This document shows positions 56,940-64,000 of a stretch of 64,000 bases of DNA, in pieces. The stretch is from Candidatus Spongiisociaceae bacterium. GTDB lineage: Bacteria; Actinomycetota; Acidimicrobiia; Spongiisociales; Spongiisociaceae. The stretch covers positions 1,856,001 to 1,920,000 of the forward strand of contig OZ253564.1 in NCBI GenBank assembly GCA_965262915.1, written 5' to 3'. The notes under the pieces were generated by a model. The model did not search any database and was not told the DNA's origin. It saw nothing but the letters and a program-made list of their open reading frames with translations. Position 1 is the first letter of the stretch. The number at the start of each line of letters is the position of its first letter. The position numbers and the translations under genes were made by a program.

Positions 56940-58970
56940 ATGGCCGGCTCGCCCGTGAAAGTCGTGTTCACTCCCTCGGGGAGGAGAGGCAACGTGGAAG
57001 CGGGTACCACGGTGCTCGAAGCTGCCCGCCATCTGGGAGTCGACATCGACTCGGTGTGCGGCGGTCGGGGCCTGTGCGGTCGCTGCCAGGTGACGCTGGG
57101 CGCCGCTGTCGGCATTCCCGCCACGGAAGGCCGTCTCTCGTCCCCCGAGGCCATGGAATTGGGCTACCGGGGGCGCCGCCGCCCTCTGCGGGACGGTCAC
57201 CGGCTCTCGTGCGCCGCCCGCCTGCAGGACGACGCAGTGATCGATGTTCCCCCTTACAGCCAGGTCCGCCGCCAAGTCGTTCGTAAGCGAGCCGAAGTGG
57301 TGGACATACCGGTCGATCCGGTGGTGCGGCTGCACTATCTGGAGGTGCAACCCCCCGATTTGGCTAGCCAGTCCTCCGACCTGGCCCGCACATTGCGGGC
57401 GCTGGAGGAGCAGTGGGGGATCACGGGGTCGTCGGTCGACCATCACGTGCTGGTCGATTTGCAGGACGCCCTGCGAGCCGGTGACTGGACCGTGACCCTG
57501 GCGGTCCACGACGGCGACACGGTCACCGGTGTGTGGCCCGGTTTCCACGACGGCCCGGTCGGGGTGGCGATCGACGTCGGATCGACCACCGTGGCAGGCC
57601 ACCTGTGCGATCTGTCCACGGGCTCGGTCCTCGCTTCGGTGGGGATGATGAACCCGCAGATCCGCTTCGGTGAGGATCTCATGAGCCGCGTCTCCTACGT
57701 GATGATGAACGAGGGGGGCGAAGCGGAACTGACGTCCGCCATCCGTGACGCCCTGGATCACCTGGTGGGCGAGCTGGTGGTGGAGGCCGGGCTGGAGAGG
57801 AGCGCGGTTCTCGAAGTGGCGCTGGTTGGTAATCCGATCATGCACCACCTCGTGCTCGGAATCGACCCACGGCGGCTCGGGGTGGCGCCTTTCGCGCTGG
57901 CCACCGACGGGCCTGTCCGAATCCCGTTATCCATTGTCGGGATCGAGGCCCACCCGGGTGCCCGACTCTATGTGCTGCCGTGCGTAGCGGGGCACGTGGG
58001 CGCCGACGCGGCCGGCGCGATTCTGTCGGAAGGCCCGCACCGCGGCCACGACATCCAACTGGTGGTCGACGTCGGCACCAACGCAGAGATCATGCTGGGG
58101 AACTCGGGGCGGCTGCTGGCCGCGTCGAGCCCGACCGGCCCCGCCTTCGAAGGTGCCGAGATAAGTTCCGGGCAGCGGGCCACCCCGGGAGCGATCGAGC
58201 GGGTGCGCATCGATCGTGAAACCCTCGAGCCGCGGTTCAAGGTGATCGGGGTCGATCTCTGGTCGGATGACGAGGGCTTCGAGGAAGCGGTTGCGGGGAC
58301 CGGGGTGATCGGTATCTGCGGCTCGGGCATCATCGAGGCTGTCGCCTGCCTCGCCCTGGCCGGGATCGTGTCGGCCGACGGTCTCATCCTGGAATCCACA
58401 CGTTCGGATCGGATCATCTCGGACGGTAGGTCTGCTACCTACCTGCTGCATGAAGGGTCGTCCGGGGGGGTGACCCGCATCGAGATCACCCAGACCGACG
58501 TGCGCGCCATCCAGCTGGCCAAGGCGGCGCTCTACGCCGGGATCAGGTTGCTCATGGACCACTTGGGCGTGGACCGGGTGGACGAGATCCGGCTGGCGGG
58601 CGCATTCGGCAGCCATATCGATCCGATCTATGCAATGGTGCTGGGCATGATCCCCGACTGCGATCCCGATCGCGTCTCGGCCGCAGGCAACGCGGCCGGA
58701 ACCGGGGCGATGATGGCGTTGCTCAGCGGCGCCGCCCGGGACGAGGTCGAGGATCTGGTGCGCAAGGTTGACAAGATCGAGACGGCGGTGGCACCGAGAT
58801 TCCAGAGCCATTTCGTGGAGGCGATGGCCATCCCCCACGCCACCGCTTCCGTCGAGCGACTGGCCCGGCGGATCGATCTGTCGGGGATCGTCACCGGCCC
58901 ACCCCCCACCGACCGACGAAGCCGCCGGCGGACGAGACGCCGCCGCCGCCGCTTGAAAGAGAGGCCATGA
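56940..58970 (+). CDS. ATP-dependent reductive activator of corrinoid proteins (RACo/ASKHA family with N-terminal 2Fe-2S)
   Basis: SVCGGRGLCGRC, IDVGSTT, GEDLMSR, DVGTNAE, GPAFEG, GICGSG, AGAFG. Confidence 0.9.
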   Translation: MAGSPVKVVFTPSGRRGNVEAGTTVLEAARHLGVDIDSVCGGRGLCGRCQVTLGAAVGIPATEGRLSSPEAMELGYRGRRRPLRDGHRLSCAARLQDDAVIDVPPYSQVRRQVVRKRAEVVDIPVDPVVRLHYLEVQPPDLASQSSDLARTLRALEEQWGITGSSVDHHVLVDLQDALRAGDWTVTLAVHDGDTVTGVWPGFHDGPVGVAIDVGSTTVAGHLCDLSTGSVLASVGMMNPQIRFGEDLMSRVSYVMMNEGGEAELTSAIRDALDHLVGELVVEAGLERSAVLEVALVGNPIMHHLVLGIDPRRLGVAPFALATDGPVRIPLSIVGIEAHPGARLYVLPCVAGHVGADAAGAILSEGPHRGHDIQLVVDVGTNAEIMLGNSGRLLAASSPTGPAFEGAEISSGQRATPGAIERVRIDRETLEPRFKVIGVDLWSDDEGFEEAVAGTGVIGICGSGIIEAVACLALAGIVSADGLILESTRSDRIISDGRSATYLLHEGSSGGVTRIEITQTDVRAIQLAKAALYAGIRLLMDHLGVDRVDEIRLAGAFGSHIDPIYAMVLGMIPDCDPDRVSAAGNAAGTGAMMALLSGAARDEVEDLVRKVDKIETAVAPRFQSHFVEAMAIPHATASVERLARRIDLSGIVTGPPPTDRRSRRRTRRRRRRLKERP

Positions 58971-58971
58971 A

Positions 58972-60510
58972 ATGGGAGCCCGGAGGAGACGCAGATCCGG
59001 AGGTCGGGCGGCGCGCCAGGCGCTGCGGACCGCCCGGGTGATAGAGCAGCAGCCCTTCCTCACCCGCAACCTGGGGCCCACCCAAGTCCTCTCGGAGGAG
59101 GGTCTGGAACTCATCGAGCACAACGCCGATACCTTGCTCGAGGAGGTGGGTATCGAGTTGATGGACTTTCCGGAGGCCCTGTCCATCTATGCCGGCGCGG
59201 GTGCCGAGATCGACGGTACCCGGGCCCGGTTCCCCAGGGGAATGTGCCGGGAGATCATCACCCGTTCCGCGCCGGGTTCGTTCATCCAGCACGCCCGCAA
59301 TCCGGCTCGTTCGGTCACCATCGGTGATCCGTACACGGTGTTCGCTCCCGCGTACGGCTCCCCGTTCGTGCGCGACGCCGACGCCGGTCGTCGCTATGCC
59401 ACCATCGAGGACTTCCGGAACTTCGCCAAGCTGACCTACATGAGTCCTGCTCTGCACCACGGGGGAGGAACCCTGTGCGAGCCTGTCGACCTACCGGTCA
59501 ACAAACGGCATCTCGACATGATCTACGCCCATGTGGTGTGCCATGACAAGCCGTTCATGTCCTCGGTGACCCGACCCGAGAGAGCTCAGGACTCGGTCGA
59601 CATGGCCAAGATCGTCTTCGGGGAGGACTTCGTCCGCGACAACACCGTGCTGATGGGGCTCTGCAACGCCAACTCCCCCCTGACGTGGGACTACGCCATG
59701 CTCGGGTCCGCCAAGGTGCTTGCCGAGAACAACCAGTGCGCCCTCATCACGCCGTTCATCATCGCCGGCGCCATGTCGCCGGTGACGGTTGCGGCGGCCG
59801 TCACCCAGACCCTGGCCGAGGCGCTGGCGGGCATCGCGTTCACCCAACTGGTCCGGCCCGGAGCTCCCGTCATATTCGGCTCGTTCGCCGCGTCGATGTC
59901 GATGCAGAGCGGCGCCCCCACGTTCGGAACCCCGGAACCGGCACTGGTGCTCTACGCGGTCGGCCAGCTCGCATCCCGCCTCGGGGTGCCTTTCCGGTCG
60001 GGCGGCAACCTGACAGCCTCGAAGACTCCCGACGCCCAGGCTGCCTACGAGAGCGTCATCACTTTCCTTCCCGCCCTCGCGGCAGGCGTCAACTTCGTTC
60101 TCCATACCGCCGGTTGGCTCGAGGGGGGCCTGACGATGGGATACGAGAAGTTCGTCCTCGATGCCGACCAGGCCTCGATGATGGCGCGGTTGGTGGGTGG
60201 CGTGGACTTGAGCGAGAACGGCCAGGCGATGGAGGCGCTCCTGACCAACGGGCCCGGTCAGCATCATCTGGGTACCGCGCACACCATGGCGAATTTCGAA
60301 AGTGCGTTCTGGGTGTCGAGCCAAGCCGATGTGGACAGCTTCGAGCAGTGGGAACTGAACGGGTCGCTGGACTCGGTGAGCAGGGCAAACGGCGAGTGGA
60401 AGCGTCTGCTGGCGGAGTACGAGGCCCCTGCCCTCGACGAGGCCGTCCACGAGGAGTTGACCGAGTGGATCGCGGCCCGCAAGGCGTCTTTCCCTGACTC
60501 GGACATTTGA
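58972..60510 (+). CDS. Second non-pyrrolysine MttB-superfamily methyltransferase (glycine betaine MtgB-like)
   Basis: FAPAYGSPFV, GGTLCEPVD, NANSPL, GAMSPVT, MQSGAPTFGTPE, GWLEGGL; no in-frame TAG. Confidence 0.9.
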   Translation: MGARRRRRSGGRAARQALRTARVIEQQPFLTRNLGPTQVLSEEGLELIEHNADTLLEEVGIELMDFPEALSIYAGAGAEIDGTRARFPRGMCREIITRSAPGSFIQHARNPARSVTIGDPYTVFAPAYGSPFVRDADAGRRYATIEDFRNFAKLTYMSPALHHGGGTLCEPVDLPVNKRHLDMIYAHVVCHDKPFMSSVTRPERAQDSVDMAKIVFGEDFVRDNTVLMGLCNANSPLTWDYAMLGSAKVLAENNQCALITPFIIAGAMSPVTVAAAVTQTLAEALAGIAFTQLVRPGAPVIFGSFAASMSMQSGAPTFGTPEPALVLYAVGQLASRLGVPFRSGGNLTASKTPDAQAAYESVITFLPALAAGVNFVLHTAGWLEGGLTMGYEKFVLDADQASMMARLVGGVDLSENGQAMEALLTNGPGQHHLGTAHTMANFESAFWVSSQADVDSFEQWELNGSLDSVSRANGEWKRLLAEYEAPALDEAVHEELTEWIAARKASFPDSDI

Positions 60511-60511
60511 G

Positions 60512-61375
60512 ATGACGGTCCCCTCGAACACCGGCCCAGGCCTCCAACGAGCTGAGAGGGCGGCGGTTAGGCGGATCCTCGAACATCCCAAGTTCGAGGT
60601 CCTTCCCCTCAAGAACGTGCTCGACCAGGTGGGGTGGTTGCCGGCCGGGGCGATCGTCTCGATAACGGCCTCTCCCACCAAGACGCTCGAGGACACGATG
60701 AACCTGGCTGCCGAACTGTGCCAACGCGGTTTCGATGTGATCCCTCATCTGTCGGCTCGCATGACCCACGACAAGACCCATCTCGCCTCTCTGCTCGGGC
60801 GGATGGAGGATCTGGAGATCTCCAAGGCCTTCCTGGTCGGCGGGGACGCACCGCAGCGGGGCATATTTCCCGACGCCTACTCCCTACTGCTGGCCATGGA
60901 CGACCTGGGCCATCATCTGTCCGAGATCGGAGTGACCTCATATCCCGAAGGACATGCCGTGATCCCGGACGGGAAGCTCCGCCAGGCTCTTGCCGACAAG
61001 CAGCCGTACGCCTCGTACATGACCACCCAGATGTGTTTCGACGCCCGGGCCATCGGCGACTTCGTGTCCGGTTGCCGGGCCGATGGCATCACCCTCCCCG
61101 TCCGGATCGGGATCCCCGGGGTGGCCGACCGGCTGAAGCTGATGCAGATCTCGGCCCGGATAGGTGTGGGACAGTCCGTGCGGTTCCTCTCCAAGCACCG
61201 GGGGTTGGTGAGCCGGTTCATCAAGCCCGGGGGATACGCGCCCGAGGACCTGCTCGAGGATCTCGCTCCCGTCGTGTGTGACGCCGAGGCCACCATCGTC
61301 GGCGTTCACATCTACACCTTCAACCAGTGCGAGACCACCGAACGCTGGCGGCAGGAATACCTGGCGACCCTGTAG
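60512..61375 (+). CDS. metF: Methylenetetrahydrofolate reductase
   Basis: IPHLSAR, FLVGGD, SYPEGH, TTQMCFD, HIYTFNQ. Confidence 0.85.
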   Translation: MTVPSNTGPGLQRAERAAVRRILEHPKFEVLPLKNVLDQVGWLPAGAIVSITASPTKTLEDTMNLAAELCQRGFDVIPHLSARMTHDKTHLASLLGRMEDLEISKAFLVGGDAPQRGIFPDAYSLLLAMDDLGHHLSEIGVTSYPEGHAVIPDGKLRQALADKQPYASYMTTQMCFDARAIGDFVSGCRADGITLPVRIGIPGVADRLKLMQISARIGVGQSVRFLSKHRGLVSRFIKPGGYAPEDLLEDLAPVVCDAEATIVGVHIYTFNQCETTERWRQEYLATL

Positions 61376-63150
61376 ACGGGTGGCCGGCGAGCGGTGGCCG
61401 ATGGCAGGACTCGGTCGCCGCCCGGTTCGACGATCTGCGCGGCGAGCCCGTCCCGCTCGAACTCCGCCATCCGTACCGGGTGCTGGCGGCTAGTCGAACC
61501 GAGGAGGTCCGGCGGGTGGTGGAGGAGGCGGAAGCCGAGTCGCGGTCCGGCGCCTGGGTGGCGGGGTTCGTGGCCTACGAGGCTGCACCGGCCTTCGACG
61601 ACGCGCTGGTGGTCCGGATGCCGAAGGCGGATCTTCCCCTGGCCTGGTTCGCCGCCTTCCGCTCCGCGGCTTCCGAGACGGCCGGGCGGGGAGGCGCCTA
61701 CCGGATGGCGCCATGGCGTCCGGAGATCTCGGAGGAGGAGTACGAGGCGGACGTAACAGCCATACAGGAGCTGATCACCGCAGGCGATACCTATCAGGCC
61801 AACTACACCTTGCGACTCCGGGGGCGGGTGGAGGGCGATCTGGCAGCCGTCTACGCCGATCTACTCGAAGCGCAAAGGGGGGGATACCACGCCTTCCTCA
61901 AGACCGGGGATCACACGGTGGTGTCGGCCTCGCCGGAGTTGTTCTTCCGCTGGGACGGGCGGAGGATCGAGAACCGGCCCATGAAGGGGACCATGCCGAG
62001 GGGCCGGTGGGAGCAGGAGGACCGCCGTCACCGGGAGCGGTTGCTGGCGTCGGGGAAGGACCGGGCCGAGAACGTGATGATCGTCGATCTGTTGCGCAAC
62101 GACTTGGGCAGGGTGGCCCGGTTCGGGACCGTGCAGGTCGAGCGCCTGTTCGAGATCGAGCACTTCGAGACGGTGTGGCAGATGACCTCGACTGTCGCCG
62201 CCGAGACCCGACCGGCCGTCTCCCTCTTCGACATACTCGCGGCCATGTTCCCGTGCGGGTCCGTGACCGGGGCGCCCAAGGCGCGCACCATGGAGATAAT
62301 CCGATCGCTGGAGACCTCTCCCAGGGGGGTCTATTGCGGAGCGATCGGGCTCCTCGCGCCGCCTGGCTCGGGACGGCCCAGGGCCGAGTTCTCGGTGGCT
62401 ATCAGGACCCTCGTGGTGGACGAACGGGACCGCTCGGCCGAGTACGGGGTGGGCGGGGGAGTGGTGCACGAGTCGACCCCGACCGATGAGTACCGGGAGG
62501 CGATGGTCAAGGCGAGGATCCTGCGGCGCCGGAGGGCTCCGGTGACCCTGCTGGAAACGATGCGCTGGGATCCGGGGAAGGGAATATGGTTGCTCGACCG
62601 CCACTTGAACCGCCTTCGGTCCTCGGCCCGGTACCTGGGAATGACCCTTCCCGAAGCCGAGATCGGTCGCCTGCTGGAAGGGGTCGTCGGTGAGCACCCT
62701 CTCCGGGTACGCCTGGTGGTCCCGGAGGGCGGCGAGCCCTCGATCGAGATGGCGCGCTTCGTGGCGCGGGCGCGTGTTGTAGGTCTGGCCATCGACACCA
62801 GGCCGATCGACCGGTCCGATGTTCTCCGCTATCACAAGACAACCCGGCGAGAACCCTACGACGAAGCGGTGGCCCGACACCCGGCCGCCGACGACGTGGT
62901 GCTGGTCAACGAACGGGGCGAGGCGGTGGAGACGACGATCGCCAACCTCGCGGTGCGGATCGGGAACGAATGGCTGACTCCGCCCCTCGATGCCGGATGC
63001 CTTCCGGGGACCTACCGGGAGGAACTCATAGACAGGGACGTCATCCGTGAACGCTCCCTGCCGGTTACGGATCTGGTGGCGGCGGACGAGGTGGCCGTGA
63101 TCAACTCGGTCCAGGGTTGGCGACCCGGAAAGCTGCTCGAAGGGGTGTGA
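61327..63150 (+). CDS. pabB: Aminodeoxychorismate synthase component I fused to ADC lyase (PabB-PabC)
   Basis: GDTYQANYT, SASPELFF, PMKGT, AENVMIVDLLRNDLGR, FPCGSVTGAPK; then LLETMR, HKTT, GCLPGT. Start uncertain. Confidence 0.88.
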   Translation: MRDHRTLAAGIPGDPVDGWPASGGRWQDSVAARFDDLRGEPVPLELRHPYRVLAASRTEEVRRVVEEAEAESRSGAWVAGFVAYEAAPAFDDALVVRMPKADLPLAWFAAFRSAASETAGRGGAYRMAPWRPEISEEEYEADVTAIQELITAGDTYQANYTLRLRGRVEGDLAAVYADLLEAQRGGYHAFLKTGDHTVVSASPELFFRWDGRRIENRPMKGTMPRGRWEQEDRRHRERLLASGKDRAENVMIVDLLRNDLGRVARFGTVQVERLFEIEHFETVWQMTSTVAAETRPAVSLFDILAAMFPCGSVTGAPKARTMEIIRSLETSPRGVYCGAIGLLAPPGSGRPRAEFSVAIRTLVVDERDRSAEYGVGGGVVHESTPTDEYREAMVKARILRRRRAPVTLLETMRWDPGKGIWLLDRHLNRLRSSARYLGMTLPEAEIGRLLEGVVGEHPLRVRLVVPEGGEPSIEMARFVARARVVGLAIDTRPIDRSDVLRYHKTTRREPYDEAVARHPAADDVVLVNERGEAVETTIANLAVRIGNEWLTPPLDAGCLPGTYREELIDRDVIRERSLPVTDLVAADEVAVINSVQGWRPGKLLEGV

Positions 63151-63214
63151 CGGGTCGCCGCACGGAACTCCGGCCCCAGGCCGAGTGGTGCGAACGGGAA
63201 GCCCGTCAAGCGGG

Positions 63215-63967
63215 CTATCCGCGCAACCTCCGGCCTAATAGGGCGACTATGGCCGATACCAGGATCGCCGACGCGGCGAGTATGGAACCCAGACACCCGC
63301 TCCGCCTGATCCGCGATGTCCGGGAGGTGCGAGGCGCCGGCTCCGGTTGAGCATCGGAGGAGTGATCGCGCAGGACGGCGGCGGTCCGGTTCTCGAGCTC
63401 GAGGCGTTCCTCAACCGCATGGTCGGTCTGCATCCGGAGCTTCGACAGTTGTTCGCGCTGCTCCTCGGTGAGCCACCGCGCCTCTACCTTGTTCAGCTCA
63501 CCGGCGGCCCTGGCGGTGTCGAAAAGGACCAAAGCCTCGGCCGCGGCCTTCATGTGCCGTTGGGCGGCCGCCCGGAACCGACGCTGCCGCCGTATTGCGC
63601 CGTCGAGGTGCAGCACGGCACCCCGGCGCAACTCCTTCGACACCAGGGCCAGCAGCGGCTCGGTGGAGGGGTCGGCGGCCAGGGCGAGGAGACCTTCGTA
63701 ATGGTCGGCGCGGGCGAGGAACTGGATACGGGCCGCCAGTTTCTCGGCCCGGTCCGTAGCCTCGGCGTGGCCGGCTCGTACGCGTTCGACGAGTTCCTTC
63801 TTCCGCTCGCTGTCCGCCTGGTCGGCAAGCCTCCGGGCACGGTTGAAATCGAGATCGTCGAGGGCTTCCTCGAATCCCTCGACCGGATTCATGTCCCCTG
63901 GTGACATGGACGGGAGGGTACTTTGGTCGGCGGGCTGTCGTGTAGTCTCGACGCTAGGTACTACCAA
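63215..63967 (-). CDS. Hypothetical alpha-helical protein with C-terminal hydrophobic tail
   Basis: 250-aa ORF with protein-like composition; ends SGCLGSILAASAILVSAIVALL. Confidence 0.55.
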   Translation of the reverse strand: MVVPSVETTRQPADQSTLPSMSPGDMNPVEGFEEALDDLDFNRARRLADQADSERKKELVERVRAGHAEATDRAEKLAARIQFLARADHYEGLLALAADPSTEPLLALVSKELRRGAVLHLDGAIRRQRRFRAAAQRHMKAAAEALVLFDTARAAGELNKVEARWLTEEQREQLSKLRMQTDHAVEERLELENRTAAVLRDHSSDAQPEPAPRTSRTSRIRRSGCLGSILAASAILVSAIVALLGRRLRG

Positions 63968-64000
63968 GGAGAGATCATGGCGCTGACCCTCACCTCCGCA

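Noticed and set aside
63150-63300. Possible structured RNA after pabB
   Set aside because: Only short GC-rich complementarities, mostly overlapping the end of a minus-strand ORF; no family signature recognised. No tRNA, rRNA or riboswitch was recognised anywhere in the window.

Overview
High-GC (roughly two-thirds G+C by eye) bacterial DNA. It is most likely an actinobacterium of the Acidimicrobiia type, inferred from Pro/Thr-rich ACGDDE lipoproteins, a DUF222-HNH remnant and an actinobacterial-type IS110. Most of the window is a quaternary-amine/C1 catabolic region: a carnitine (probably also gamma-butyrobetaine) operon with a divergent IclR regulator, two ProVWX-type ABC importers (one with a dead ATPase), two non-pyrrolysine MttB-family methyltransferases, a corrinoid protein/RACo/methyl-THF methyltransferase/MetF cluster, two GcvT-family (dimethylglycine/sarcosine-type) dehydrogenases with ETF, Fhs, PEP carboxylase, and a split NAD-linked formate dehydrogenase that the ORF track breaks at an in-frame selenocysteine UGA with a SECIS. 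Less obvious signals read from the DNA: (1) a full-length IS110 element (17956-19450) whose non-coding left end carries recognisable bridge-RNA target and donor guides, with the target guides matching the local 7-bp genomic tandem repeat into which it inserted; (2) five tandem pairs of a 17-bp GTTCCR-N5-YGGAAC operator, suggesting one IclR regulon across about 48 kb; (3) two related ~100-110 bp MITE families with 4-bp target duplications, one copy of which supplies a new start codon to a capA-like gene; (4) an uncharacterised three-gene module (unknown protein + extended MerR/DUF433 protein + PIN-like protein) in a decayed defence-like patch; (5) a solute-binding protein with two apparently identical 914-bp domains. 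All functional calls come from motif recognition only; no database search was run.
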